From: Clostridia bacterium
GTDB taxonomy: Bacteria; Bacillota; Clostridia; Oscillospirales; CAG-272
DNA length: 54,992 nucleotides
Reading direction: 5' to 3'
Assembly: GCA_900753295.1 (NCBI GenBank)
Contig: CAADYQ010000066.1
Location: 1 to 54,992, forward strand
Shown here: positions 42,075 to 51,832 of the stretch, piece after piece
How positions within the stretch are numbered: the first letter of the stretch is position 1
How the letters are laid out: each line of letters begins with the position of its first letter
Program-made: the position numbers and the translations under genes
The notes under the pieces: model-generated
The model's input: only the letters and a program-made list of their open reading frames with translations
Databases searched by the model: none
Told to the model about the DNA's origin: nothing

Positions 42075-43172
42075 ATGAAAAAATATAAGAATATTATCTG
42101 TATCGTGATCGTCGTTCTGCTGTTTGCCGCGCTGACGTTTTCCTGCTGGGCGTTGCCATCCAAGGACTTTTCCGACAGCGAGCGCCGCAAGCTGGCGCAG
42201 TTCCCGACGCTTTCCTGGGCTACTCTCAAAGATGGCAGCTTTATGGGGAAATTTGAGACCTACACACAGGACCAGTTCCCGCTCCGCGATAAATTCCGCA
42301 CTCTCAAGGCGCTTGCCGCGTATTATATGCTCGGTCAGCTTGATAATAACGGGATCTACATCAAAGACGGATATGCCGCTAAGCTTGAATATCCGATCAA
42401 CGAAAAATCCCTTGAGCACGCCGCAAACAGATTCGGATACATCTACGAAAAATTCCTTGCAGACAAGGATGTGAACATTTACCTCTCCATAGTGCCGGAC
42501 AAGAGCTACTTCCTTGCCGACAAAAACGGTTATCTCGGAATGGACTATGAGCGCCTTTTCACAGAGATGCGTGAAAAAATGAGCTTTGCCGAGTACATCG
42601 ACATAACCGGTACGCTCGATATCACCGACTACTACAAGACCGACACGCACTGGCGTCAGGAGAAGCTCCGCGACACAGCCGCGGCACTGGCGAACGCCAT
42701 GGGCGTAAAACTCTCAGGTGAGTATTCCGAAAAAGCGCTTGACCATCCGTTCTACGGAGTATATTACGGTCAGTCGTCGCTCCCGCTCCCTGCCGAGACC
42801 ATGTACTACCTTACAAACGACATTCTTGCCGGATGCAAGGTGACAAACTATGAGGACGGTTCGGTCGGCGGTATCTATAACATGGAAAAGGCAAACGGCA
42901 AGGACCCGTATGAGATGTTCCTTTCCGGTTCGATATCGTTGCTCACTATCGAAAATCCGAACGCAACAACCGACCGCGAGCTTATCGTTTTCCGTGATTC
43001 CTTTGGCAGCAGCATTTCTCCGCTTCTTGCCGAGGGCTATGCAAAGATAACCCTTGTTGACATACGCTATCTCAGAACAGATATGCTTGCCCGCTTTATA
43101 GAATTCAAAAACCAGGACGTTCTCTTCCTTTACAGCACGCTCGTTCTCAATAACAGCGAAACTCTTACCTGA
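42075..43172 (+). CDS. DHHW-family protein (AlgJ/AlgX-like partner of MBOAT)
   Basis: N-terminal TM, SDSERRKLAQFP, FETYTQDQFPLRDKFR, YYKTDTHW (DHHW-type motif). Confidence 0.7.
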   Translation: MKKYKNIICIVIVVLLFAALTFSCWALPSKDFSDSERRKLAQFPTLSWATLKDGSFMGKFETYTQDQFPLRDKFRTLKALAAYYMLGQLDNNGIYIKDGYAAKLEYPINEKSLEHAANRFGYIYEKFLADKDVNIYLSIVPDKSYFLADKNGYLGMDYERLFTEMREKMSFAEYIDITGTLDITDYYKTDTHWRQEKLRDTAAALANAMGVKLSGEYSEKALDHPFYGVYYGQSSLPLPAETMYYLTNDILAGCKVTNYEDGSVGGIYNMEKANGKDPYEMFLSGSISLLTIENPNATTDRELIVFRDSFGSSISPLLAEGYAKITLVDIRYLRTDMLARFIEFKNQDVLFLYSTLVLNNSETLT

Positions 43173-43207
43173 GTCAGGGATCGGCGTGATCTTATAGTCT
43201 GATCGCC

Positions 43208-43252
43208 GGGGTGCTGACAAACTCAATTTGAGTTTGTCAGCACCCCTCTTCT
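43208..43252 (+). terminator. Hairpin terminator after the DHHW gene (palindromic element family)
   Basis: GGGGTGCTGACAAACTCA-ATT-TGAGTTTGTCAGCACCCC followed by TCTTCTTC. Confidence 0.55.
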
Positions 43253-43313
43253 TCACCATCGGGGTAAGAAGATAGAAATTTGCAAGAACTCCCCCGGAGT
43301 TCAAAAAAAACTA

Positions 43314-43342
43314 TTGAAAAGTGGGGGAAAATGTGGTATACT
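43314..43342 (+). promoter_or_regulatory. Near-consensus promoter of the pheS leader
   Basis: TTGAAA (43314-43319), 17-nt spacer, TGgTATACT extended -10 (43337-43342). Confidence 0.6.
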
Positions 43343-43348
43343 GTATAC

Positions 43349-43602
43349 GTAAATGCAATGATGAAGTTTGCCCATGCGCATAAGCGATCAAAAGAGAGAC
43401 CGCCACGGCTGAAAGCGGTCGTTCGCGCGCTTCGGGCGTTTCGCTTCGGAGCAGGAAGGGTCAAAGCGACGGATGACCGTGCGCCGGTAGCCTTTCACGG
43501 CGGCGCCGTTATACGTCAGAAAGAGAGCCGGCGCTGCGCGCCGGAATTCGGGTGGTACCGCGGCGTTTTTGCTCCGTCCTGATTTCGGACGGGCTTTTTT
43601 TG
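43349..43602 (+). promoter_or_regulatory. T-box riboswitch leader (Phe) with terminator
   Basis: AGAGA box and GCTGAAAGCGG in stem I. Several TTC(G) candidate specifiers. Conserved T-box AATTCGGGTGGTACCGCG (43545-43562). Terminator TCCGTCC-tgatttc-GGACGGG plus T7 (43574-43601). Confidence 0.8.
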
Positions 43603-43662
43603 TGCCGCGATGCCGTAAAGTAAAGATGAAAATAAAGATACAACCGAAAGGAAAGATCAAAG

Positions 43663-44676
43663 ATGAAAGAAATTCTTCAGAAGATCCGTGCGGAAGCGCT
43701 TGAACGCATAAACGCATCCGACGCGGATCTGGAATCGCTCAGAGTCCGTTACCTTGGGAAAAAAGGTGAGCTGACGGCAGTGCTGCGCGGAATGGCAGGA
43801 CTTTCCGCCGACGAGCGTCCCGTTGTCGGACAGCTCGCAAATAAGGTGCGCACCGAGATCGAAAGCGCTATCGCAGAACGCGCCGCCGCACAAAAACAGA
43901 AGGCACTTGAGGCACAGCTTCTCGAGGAACGCGTTGACGTTACCGCTCCCGGTAATGTTCCCGCAATAGGACATAACCACCCGCTGACCGTGGTGCGCCG
44001 TGACCTGGAGGAAATATTCCTCGGACTCGGCTTCTCGATTGCGGAAGGACCTGAGGTCGAATACGATTATTATAACTTCCAGGCGCTGAATATCCCGGAG
44101 AATCATCCCGCACGTGATACGCAGGATACATTCTATATCACGGATAATATCCTCCTCCGTTCGCAGACTTCACCGGTGCAGGTCAGAGTCATGGAAAAGC
44201 AAAAACCGCCTATCCGTATAGTCTCGCCCGGACGCGTTTACCGCTCCGATGACGTTGACGCCACACATTCGCCGCTGTTCCATCAGTTTGAGGGACTTGT
44301 GGTGGACCGCGGCATCACAATGGGCGACCTTAAGGGTATGCTTGAGCTGTTTGCAAAGAATATGTTCGGTGCGGATACACGCATACGCTTCCGCCCGCAT
44401 CACTTCCCGTTTACGGAACCGTCGGCTGAGGTCGATGTCTCCTGCTTCGCCTGCGGCGGCAAGGGCTGCAGATTCTGCAAGGGCGAGGGCTGGATAGAGA
44501 TACTCGGCGCAGGTATGGTTCACCCGCACGTCCTGAGCGGCTGCGGCATCGATCCCGAGGAATATTCGGGCTTCGCGTTCGGCCTCGGCATTGAGAGAAT
44601 AGCCCTGCTCAAATATCATATCGACGATATGCGCCTGCTCTACGAGAACGATATACGTTTTATCTCGCAGTTCTGA
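43663..44676 (+). CDS. pheS: Phenylalanine--tRNA ligase alpha subunit
   Basis: 337 aa. [11 protein letters not shown], class II motifs [16 protein letters not shown] and [12 protein letters not shown]. Confidence 0.95.
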   Translation: MKEILQKIRAEALERINASDADLESLRVRYLGKKGELTAVLRGMAGLSADERPVVGQLANKVRTEIESAIAERAAAQKQKALEAQLLEERVDVTAPGNVPAIGHNHPLTVVRRDLEEIFLGLGFSIAEGPEVEYDYYNFQALNIPENHPARDTQDTFYITDNILLRSQTSPVQVRVMEKQKPPIRIVSPGRVYRSDDVDATHSPLFHQFEGLVVDRGITMGDLKGMLELFAKNMFGADTRIRFRPHHFPFTEPSAEVDVSCFACGGKGCRFCKGEGWIEILGAGMVHPHVLSGCGIDPEEYSGFAFGLGIERIALLKYHIDDMRLLYENDIRFISQF

Positions 44677-44677
44677 T

Positions 44678-45556
44678 ATGGTAAAAGAAGAAAAGAAGCC
44701 TCTTGATATAAAGGAATCGCTTGCCGATTGGTCGCTTTTGACGCTTGGTACATTGATACTTACCGTAGGCGTGTATTTCTTCAAGTACCCGAATAACTTC
44801 GCCATGGGCGGAGTCAGCGGTCTCTCGGTCGTGCTGGCAAAGGTCATACCGTTCATGTCACCGGCGAGAATAGTCACGGTGCTCAACGTGATATATCTTA
44901 TTGTCGGGTTCGTTTTTCTCGGACACAAAATAGGTATACGCACGGTGTATTGCAGCCTGCTTTTCTCGGGCGCGCTTTCGGTGCTTGAGGTCGTGCTGCC
45001 TCTTTCGGCGCCGCTGACCGATCAGCCGTTTCTGGAGCTTTGCTTTGCGGTACTGCTTCCCGGACTCGGCAGCGCGATAGTGTTCAACCGCAACGGCTCG
45101 ACCGGCGGATCGGACATCCTTGCGCTGATACTCAAAAAGTACCTCCGCATCGAGGTCGGAAGGGCGCTGCTGCTGGCAGATTTCCTGGTGGTGGTCTCGT
45201 CGTTCTTCATGTTTGATATAAAAACGGGACTTTACTCGCTGCTCGGCTTGCTTGCAAAGGCATTTTTGGTCGATTCCATTATCGAAAACATCAATATATC
45301 AAAATTTTTCATCATCGTCACATCAAAGCCGGAGCCTATCGTGGAATATATCGAGACGGCGCTCAACCGCGGCGTTACCGAGTGGAAGGGCGTGGGCTGT
45401 TATACAGGCGAAGAACGCACCGTGTTGCTTGTGGTGATGAATCGCGCTCAGGCAATGCATATGCGTTCGTTTGTGCGCGAGGTGGACGAGCACGCGTTTG
45501 TGCTCATCTCAAGCTCCAGCGATATTATCGGCAAGGGCTTCCGCCAGACAGGCTGA
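44678..45556 (+). CDS. YitT-family membrane protein (DUF2179 C-terminal domain)
   Basis: YFFKYPNNFAMGGVSGLSVVL, multiple TM helices, and the C-terminus TEWKGVGCYTGEERTVLLVVMNRAQ...DEHAFVLISS. Confidence 0.8.
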   Translation: MVKEEKKPLDIKESLADWSLLTLGTLILTVGVYFFKYPNNFAMGGVSGLSVVLAKVIPFMSPARIVTVLNVIYLIVGFVFLGHKIGIRTVYCSLLFSGALSVLEVVLPLSAPLTDQPFLELCFAVLLPGLGSAIVFNRNGSTGGSDILALILKKYLRIEVGRALLLADFLVVVSSFFMFDIKTGLYSLLGLLAKAFLVDSIIENINISKFFIIVTSKPEPIVEYIETALNRGVTEWKGVGCYTGEERTVLLVVMNRAQAMHMRSFVREVDEHAFVLISSSSDIIGKGFRQTG

Positions 45557-45596
45557 AGCGTGACCTTGAAATTTACGAAAGGATTTTGGATTTATC

Positions 45597-47990
45597 ATGA
45601 TCTTATCTCTTGAATGGCTCTCCGAATTTGTGGATACGGCGGGCATAGATACAAAACAGTTCTGTGACAGAATGACTGCGACCGGCTCAAAGGTCGAAGG
45701 CTTTGAGGTCCTGGGCGACAATATTCAGAACGTGAAGGTGGGACGCATCGTGGGGCTTCGCCGCCACGAGAACAGCGATCACCTCCAGATATGCGACCTT
45801 GATATAGGCGGCGACGCGACCGTCCAGATCGTTACCGGCGCGCAGAACGTCTTTGAGGGCGCAATAGTTCCGGTAGCCGTTGCAACGGCTCACCTGCCCG
45901 GAGACGTAACGATAAAGGCGGGCAAGCTGCGCGGCGTTGAGTCAAACGGTATGCTTTGCTCTATCGGCGAGCTCGACATAACCGATCACTATATGCCCGG
46001 CGCAGTAAGCGACGGCATCCTTATCCTCGGCGAGGAGTTCGCGCCGATGATAGGCAAGGATATCCGCGAGGCGCTTCGCCTTTCGGACACCGCAGTCGAA
46101 TTCGAAATAACGCCGAACCGCCCCGATTGCCTCTCCGTGATCGGTCTGGCGCGCGAAGCGGCAGTCTCGTTTGACCGCGAGCTCAAACTGCACACACCCG
46201 AGGTGCGCGGCGCCGGAGACGGAGACGCCGTCGGTAATTACCTTTCGGTAAAAATAGACGCCGCAGACCTTTGCCCGCGTTACACTGCCCGTGTCGTTAA
46301 AAATGTAAAGATAGCTCCTTCGCCGCTCTGGATGAGAGCAAGACTTCGCGCCTCCGGCGTCCGTCCCATCAATAACATCGTTGACATAACCAACTATGTT
46401 ATGCTTGAATACGGTCAGCCGATGCACGCGTTTGATTATAAGTGCCTTGACGGTTCGGCGATCACCGTGCGCCGCGCTGCCGAGTGTGAGAAATTCCGCT
46501 CGCTTGACGATAAGGATCATGTCCTTGATGACAAAACGCTCGTCATTGCCGACGATAAAAAGGCTGTGGCACTTGCCGGTATTATGGGCGGCGCAAACAG
46601 TGAGATAACCGATGAGACTGCTACCGTCGTGTTTGAAAGTGCAAACTTTATGGGCGCATCGGTTCGCGTTTCCGCTAAAAAGCAGGGAATGAGGACCGAA
46701 AGCTCCGCGCGCTTTGAAAAGGGACTTGACCCCGAAAACACGCTCCCCGCTATCGAGCGCGCGTGCGAGCTGGTCGAAATGCTCGGCGCCGGCGAGGTCG
46801 TTGACGGGATCATCGATATTTACCCCGGCAAAAAGGAGTTGCGCGAGGTAACGTTCAATGCCGCAAAGATAAACGCCTTCCTCGGTACAGCGGTGCCGGA
46901 GGATTATATGCGCAGCGTGCTGACACGCCTCGGATTTATACTCGCCGGCGAGAAGGCGACCATTCCCTCATGGCGTGACGATGTGCTCGGCAATGCCGAC
47001 CTTGCGGAGGAAGTCATCCGTATGTACGGCTACGACACGATAGAGTCCACTCTTATGTGCGCGCGCACCACCGAGGGCAAGCGCACTCCCAAGCAGAAAT
47101 TCGAGCTTGAGCTTGAACACGCCCTGATAGGTATGGGACTTTCCGAGATCGAGACCTTCTCGTTCATCAGCCCCAAATATTACGATAAGATCTGCCGTCC
47201 CGCCGACGATCCGCTTCGCCGTTCGATAGTGATACGTAACCCGCTCGGTGAGGATACCAGCGTGATGCGCACAACGGCGTTGCCCTCAATGCTTGAGGTG
47301 CTTGCGAGAAACAATAACTTCAATAACGAGGACCTCCGCCTTTACGAAATGGCGACGGTCTATCTCCCCAAGGATGATCCGAACGCTCTGCCGGACGAAC
47401 CGACCTCTCTTACGATAGGTATGTACGGCAACTGTGATTTCTACACCGTAAAGGGCGTGTGCGAGGCGCTCTTCAGGCTCGTCGGCGCTGAGGTGAAATT
47501 CACGGCAAGACGCGACAATCCCACATTCCATCCCGGCAGATGCGCCGCAATGTACGCCGGCGACGATCTGGTGGGCGTGCTGGGACAGATACACCCGAAT
47601 GTGGCTGCCAACTACGGCTTCACATTCCCGGTATATACCGCAGAGATACGCGTTCCCGTGCTTATGGCGCATAAGGGCGGAGAGATCGAATATCATTCGC
47701 TTCCCAAATATCCTGCCGTCACGCGCGACCTGTCGTTCGTGTGCAGTGAGGATATCGAGGTCAGCACGATCGAGGATACGATCAAGAAAGCCGTCGGCAA
47801 GCTGGTCGAGGATATCAGACTCTTTGATATCTACCGCGGCGTGCAGGTCGGGATCGGTAAAAAGAGCGTTTCAATGCGCGTGACACTGCGCGCCGCCGAC
47901 AGAACACTGACACAGGAAGAGACCGAAAAGGATACCGCAAAGATCATCGAGGCGCTTGAGCGCGATCTCGGCATCAAGCTGCGCAGTTGA
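45597..47990 (+). CDS. pheT: Phenylalanine--tRNA ligase beta subunit
   Basis: 797 aa. MILSLEWLSEFV start, tRNA-binding OB (VKVGRIV...HENSDHLQICDLD), B3/4, B5 and FDX-ACB domains. Confidence 0.95.
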   Translation: MILSLEWLSEFVDTAGIDTKQFCDRMTATGSKVEGFEVLGDNIQNVKVGRIVGLRRHENSDHLQICDLDIGGDATVQIVTGAQNVFEGAIVPVAVATAHLPGDVTIKAGKLRGVESNGMLCSIGELDITDHYMPGAVSDGILILGEEFAPMIGKDIREALRLSDTAVEFEITPNRPDCLSVIGLAREAAVSFDRELKLHTPEVRGAGDGDAVGNYLSVKIDAADLCPRYTARVVKNVKIAPSPLWMRARLRASGVRPINNIVDITNYVMLEYGQPMHAFDYKCLDGSAITVRRAAECEKFRSLDDKDHVLDDKTLVIADDKKAVALAGIMGGANSEITDETATVVFESANFMGASVRVSAKKQGMRTESSARFEKGLDPENTLPAIERACELVEMLGAGEVVDGIIDIYPGKKELREVTFNAAKINAFLGTAVPEDYMRSVLTRLGFILAGEKATIPSWRDDVLGNADLAEEVIRMYGYDTIESTLMCARTTEGKRTPKQKFELELEHALIGMGLSEIETFSFISPKYYDKICRPADDPLRRSIVIRNPLGEDTSVMRTTALPSMLEVLARNNNFNNEDLRLYEMATVYLPKDDPNALPDEPTSLTIGMYGNCDFYTVKGVCEALFRLVGAEVKFTARRDNPTFHPGRCAAMYAGDDLVGVLGQIHPNVAANYGFTFPVYTAEIRVPVLMAHKGGEIEYHSLPKYPAVTRDLSFVCSEDIEVSTIEDTIKKAVGKLVEDIRLFDIYRGVQVGIGKKSVSMRVTLRAADRTLTQEETEKDTAKIIEALERDLGIKLRS

Positions 47991-48379
47991 AAAAGCCTTG
48001 TGATGCTGCCGGAGCGGGCGAAGGCAGCGAGATACTGATAGGCGATAAGCAATATATCGCGTGTATGGCGCCTGCCCGCAGCGGCGGGATGACACACGCG
48101 GTGTATTGCAGGTCGCTTTTGCCGGACGGGAAAAGCGCGGTGCTGTACGGCGCCGCGGTGCCGAAAAGCGAGGCGGAAGCGCTTGCGATAGGCAGGAGCA
48201 GATACATCGAAACGGATGCGGCTGTGACTGAAAACGTGATCTTTTACGACGGCACGGGACCGCATACGCGCAAGCTGCCGTTCCTTTCGGGCGGCGAGAT
48301 CGTGTACAGATATATGACCGATGAGGACGCCCGCCGCGTCAGAGAATATTTCACCTCGGACTATACCCTGAAGCTCTGA
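47987..48379 (+). CDS. Hypothetical protein (130 aa or shorter)
   Basis: TTG start overlapping the pheT stop, with an alternative ATG at 48065. No motif recognised. Followed by a strong terminator. Confidence 0.4.
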   Translation: MKKPCDAAGAGEGSEILIGDKQYIACMAPARSGGMTHAVYCRSLLPDGKSAVLYGAAVPKSEAEALAIGRSRYIETDAAVTENVIFYDGTGPHTRKLPFLSGGEIVYRYMTDEDARRVREYFTSDYTLKL

Positions 48380-48389
48380 AACTTATAAA

Positions 48390-48434
48390 TTTTGGGTGCT
48401 GAAAAACTCGTTCTGTGTTTTTCAGCACCCAAAA
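48390..48434. terminator. Bidirectional terminator between convergent genes (palindromic element family)
   Basis: TTTTGGGTGCTGAAAAAC-N9-GTTTTTCAGCACCCAAAA, an 18-bp stem with A/T tracts on both sides. Confidence 0.75.
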
Positions 48435-48439
48435 TCATT

Positions 48440-49060
48440 TTATTTACTTGTTTGCGCGGGAGGCACCGGTTCCGACTTGCTCATTGCGTAAACGAGTATC
48501 TCTCCGGCGGGATTCACCAGAATGGCAAGCAAAAGCCACAGCACAGCCGAATCGGGGGAGAAGCAGAGGAATATCCGGTAGTAGGCTATGAACGTGATCA
48601 CCGCAAATGTGACGTTTGCCGCGGTCAGTAGGAGAAGGGTGAACGCATACCCGAAAAAAGCCGTCATCCGGATCATTGTGATGCGCGGAGCCGAGTTGTC
48701 AAGGCTCGTGGAGAGTGCAAATAGGTAAATACCGATCGCTATCACGGCAAGGATCATGATCGATATGTTCAGCCCCATCAGTATTTTTCCGTAGTTGCGT
48801 TTTGGTTTGCCGTGGGTCCGCGCCGCGGCTGCGTCCGCAACATCGCCGAATATTTTGTGCCGGTATACCGGAATATAAGCGCCGTCGGGACACTGCACCC
48901 CGAGCTTTTTTGCCATAGTGCTTATGCCCTTGCCCTTGAGCAGGTATGTGACCAGCGACAAAACAAAATAAATGAAGTCGATGAAGAAACAAAACAGCAA
49001 AAACGCCAGGAAAAGTATCGTTATTGTGCGTCCCATGGAATCAAGCGCCGTACAATACAT
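48440..49060 (-). CDS. Polytopic membrane protein, function unknown
   Basis: At least 4 hydrophobic spans (ILFLAFLLFCFFIDFIYFVLSLV, ISIMILAVIAIGIYLFAL, FGYAFTLLLLTAANVTFAVITFIAYY, VLWLLLAILV). Start at 49060 with an AAAGGA RBS. Confidence 0.55.
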   Translation of the reverse strand: MYCTALDSMGRTITILFLAFLLFCFFIDFIYFVLSLVTYLLKGKGISTMAKKLGVQCPDGAYIPVYRHKIFGDVADAAAARTHGKPKRNYGKILMGLNISIMILAVIAIGIYLFALSTSLDNSAPRITMIRMTAFFGYAFTLLLLTAANVTFAVITFIAYYRIFLCFSPDSAVLWLLLAILVNPAGEILVYAMSKSEPVPPAQTSK

Positions 49061-49207
49061 TTTTGCGTCCTTTCGTTTTCGGAGATTTTTTACCGTGCTA
49101 CAAAGACCTTTGAGGGTCATTTGCAACGGACCGATCCCATTGTGTCGATGATCGGTACTGAAACGATTATATCATCATTTTTCCGGTTTGTCAAGGCAGA
49201 AGAATAT

Positions 49208-49246
49208 AGGGTGTTAAAAAGCTCGGGCGGAGCTTTTTAACACCCT
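49208..49246 (-). terminator. Hairpin terminator downstream of the glutamine synthetase gene
   Basis: AGGGTGTTAAAAAGCTC-gggcg-GAGCTTTTTAACACCCT, a 17-bp stem. Confidence 0.6.
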
Positions 49247-49260
49247 GTTGATGCGCGGGC

Positions 49261-51354
49261 TTATCTTACGCCGAACAGCAGATCACCGTAGGTGGGGAAG
49301 GGCCATGCGCGTGCGTCGGTCACGCTTTCGGCTTCGTCAACGGCGGCGCGCAGCTCCTGCATTGCAATGAATACGCGGTCGCGATAGCCGCAGGCGAGGC
49401 GGTAGAGGTCGTCGGAGGCTTTGATCTCATAAAGCGCGGTCTCAAGCGCATCGCAGCGTGAGTCTATCGCCGACGTGAGGGAGGAGAGCTTGCCGACGAG
49501 CTTTTCCTCGTAGCCGGTGCAGGCGTCGATGCCGAGAGACTTCTTTTTCAGCGCGGCATCCGCCACCTTGCCGGAATACAGGCTTACGGCGGGCAGTATC
49601 TCGCGGCGCACCATGTCGATCATGGTCATTGCTTCAATGTTGAGGATCTTGCAGTAGTTGTCAAGCAGGATCTCGTAGCGCGAGCGCGCTTCCTCGGCGG
49701 TGTATATTCTGTGGCGCGCGAACAGCTCAAGGTTCTTGGGCGCGATGAGGTAGGGCAGGCAATCGGGCGTGGTGCGCAGATTGAGCAGGCCGCGGCGCTC
49801 TGCCTCGGCGATCCATGCATCGTCGTATCCGTTGCCGTTGAAGATTATTCTCTTGTGCTCGCGGATAACGCGGCGGATAAGATCGTGCAGTGCGGTGGGG
49901 AAGTCGGCAGCGCCTTCAAGCTCATCGGCATAAATGCGGAGCGATTCGGCGACCGTGGTGTTGAGCATAATGTTTGCCGTGGCTATCGACGCCGAGGAGC
50001 CGAGCATACGGAATTCAAACTTGTTGCCGGTGAATGCGAAGGGCGAGGTGCGGTTGCGGTCGGTGGTGTCGCGCGGGAGCTTGGGCAGAACATGAACGCC
50101 CAGCTTGAGCGGCGCAGACTCCGTGCCGTTGTAGCAGGTGTCGTTTTCTATCGAGTCGAGTATGGCGTTCAGCTCGTCGCCGAGGAACATCGAAACCACA
50201 GCGGGCGGCGCTTCGTTGGCGCCGAGACGGTGATCGTTCCCTGCGGACGCGACGGAAAGGCGGAGCAAATCCTGATAATCGTCAACTGCCTGTATGACGG
50301 CGCAGAGGAAGAGCAGGAACTGAGCGTTTTCGTGCGGAGTGTCGCCGGGGGCGAGCAGATTCACGCCGGTGTTGGTCTGGATAGACCAGTTGTTGTGCTT
50401 GCCCGAGCCGTTTACGCCGGCAAAGGGCTTTTCATGAAGCAGGCAGACAAGCCCGTGCTTTTTGGCTATGCTCTGCATAAGCTCCATCGTGAGCTGGTTG
50501 TGGTCGGTCGCAATATTTGTGGTGGTGAATATGGGGGCAAGCTCATGCTGTGCGGGCGCAACTTCGTTGTGCTCGGTCTTTGCCAGCACGCCGAGGTGCC
50601 AAAGCTCCTGGTTGAGGTCCTCCATAAACTCGCTCACGCGTGGCTTTATGGAACCGAAATAGTGGTCGTCAAGCTCCTGTCCCTTGGGCGGCTTTGCGCC
50701 AAAAAGTGTTCTGCCGGTGAAAATTAGGTCGCGGCGGCGGTCAAACATATCCTTGTCAATAAGAAAGTATTCCTGCTCGGGACCAACCGTGGTTTTTACC
50801 GATGTCACATCCGAGTTGCCGAAAAGATGCAAAACACGCATAGCCTGGCGGTTCAGGGCTTCCATCGAGCGTAGCAGAGGCGTTTTTTTGTCAAGCGCTT
50901 CGCCGCCGTAAGAGCAGAAGGCGGTGGGGATGTAAAGGGTCTTGCCCTTTACGAATGCGTAAGAGGTGGGGTCCCATGCGGTGTAGCCGCGTGCCTCAAA
51001 TGTAGCGCGCAGACCGCCGGAGGGGAAGGAGGAGGCATCGGGCTCGCCCTTGATAAGCTCCTTGCCGGAAAATTCCATGATGACCTTCCCGTTTGCCGTG
51101 GGGGTGATAAAAGAGTCGTGCTTTTCGGCTGTGATGCCTGTCATGGGCTGGAACCAGTGAGTAAAGTGCGTGGCGCCCTTGGATATCGCCCAGTCCTTCA
51201 TAGCCGATGCGACTGCGTTGGCTATGCCGATGTTGAGCGAGCGTCCGTCCTCAATGGTGCGCTTCAGTGCTTCGTAGGCATCCTTGGGGAGCCTTGTTTT
51301 CATTGCGGCATCGTCAAATACCATGTCGCCGAAATATTCGGGTATGCTTGTCAT
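49261..51354 (-). CDS. glnN: Glutamine synthetase, type III
   Basis: 697 aa from [79 protein letters not shown]. Confidence 0.92.
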   Translation of the reverse strand: MTSIPEYFGDMVFDDAAMKTRLPKDAYEALKRTIEDGRSLNIGIANAVASAMKDWAISKGATHFTHWFQPMTGITAEKHDSFITPTANGKVIMEFSGKELIKGEPDASSFPSGGLRATFEARGYTAWDPTSYAFVKGKTLYIPTAFCSYGGEALDKKTPLLRSMEALNRQAMRVLHLFGNSDVTSVKTTVGPEQEYFLIDKDMFDRRRDLIFTGRTLFGAKPPKGQELDDHYFGSIKPRVSEFMEDLNQELWHLGVLAKTEHNEVAPAQHELAPIFTTTNIATDHNQLTMELMQSIAKKHGLVCLLHEKPFAGVNGSGKHNNWSIQTNTGVNLLAPGDTPHENAQFLLFLCAVIQAVDDYQDLLRLSVASAGNDHRLGANEAPPAVVSMFLGDELNAILDSIENDTCYNGTESAPLKLGVHVLPKLPRDTTDRNRTSPFAFTGNKFEFRMLGSSASIATANIMLNTTVAESLRIYADELEGAADFPTALHDLIRRVIREHKRIIFNGNGYDDAWIAEAERRGLLNLRTTPDCLPYLIAPKNLELFARHRIYTAEEARSRYEILLDNYCKILNIEAMTMIDMVRREILPAVSLYSGKVADAALKKKSLGIDACTGYEEKLVGKLSSLTSAIDSRCDALETALYEIKASDDLYRLACGYRDRVFIAMQELRAAVDEAESVTDARAWPFPTYGDLLFGVR

Positions 51355-51384
51355 GTTCTGCCTCCTGTATGGAACAAAAAAGAT

Positions 51385-51433
51385 TATCAAAAAATAAAAA
51401 GGGGCAAAGACACCGTTGAACGGCGCCTTTGCC
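51385..51433 (-). terminator. Leader terminator between the glnN promoter and its RBS
   Basis: Minus strand reads GGCAAAGGCGCCGTT-CAA-CGGTGTCTTTGCC followed by CCTTTTATTTTTT. About 45 nt upstream of the start codon. Confidence 0.55.
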
Positions 51434-51445
51434 TTGAATGGTCGT

Positions 51446-51474
51446 ATTATACTACAAACTTCGGCGCTTGTCAA
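51446..51474 (-). promoter_or_regulatory. Consensus promoter for glnN
   Basis: Minus strand TTGACA (51474-51469), 17-nt spacer, TATAAT (51451-51446). Confidence 0.65.
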
Positions 51475-51768
51475 GTGTTTTTTTGAGAAAAATCAAATTT
51501 TCTTCATCACTGTTGCGGCGCCATTTGATATAGTGGTGTGATCATTATCTCCATTGTGATATTTTTTATCATGTGAAAAATTTGTCGCCAATGCCTTAAA
51601 ACAATTCTTGTGCATTTGAGACAAAAAGTGCATTGTGATTTTGTCCATTATATACAGAAAAAGTGTGCGTTTTACATTCAAAAAGTGCTGTTCGGAGCTG
51701 TTCCGCGCACGCGCGAGCGTAGGCGTAAACCTTCACCGGATGTTAATTTTTCATTAAAGCATTTGCTG

Positions 51769-51797
51769 TTGACAGGAAAATAATAATGCAGTATAAT
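51769..51797 (+). promoter_or_regulatory. Consensus promoter for the ANTAR regulator / guaA unit
   Basis: TTGACA (51769-51774), 17-nt spacer, TATAAT (51792-51797). Confidence 0.65.
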
Positions 51798-51832
51798 CAT
51801 AGTTGAAATTATTCTTACGAACGGAGGCGCAC

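Noticed and set aside
51493-51681. 62-aa minus-strand ORF in the glnN/ANTAR divergent spacer
   Set aside because: It is an AT-rich intergenic region upstream of the glnN promoter, with no RBS and a Lys/Asn/His-rich translation. It is more likely regulatory DNA.
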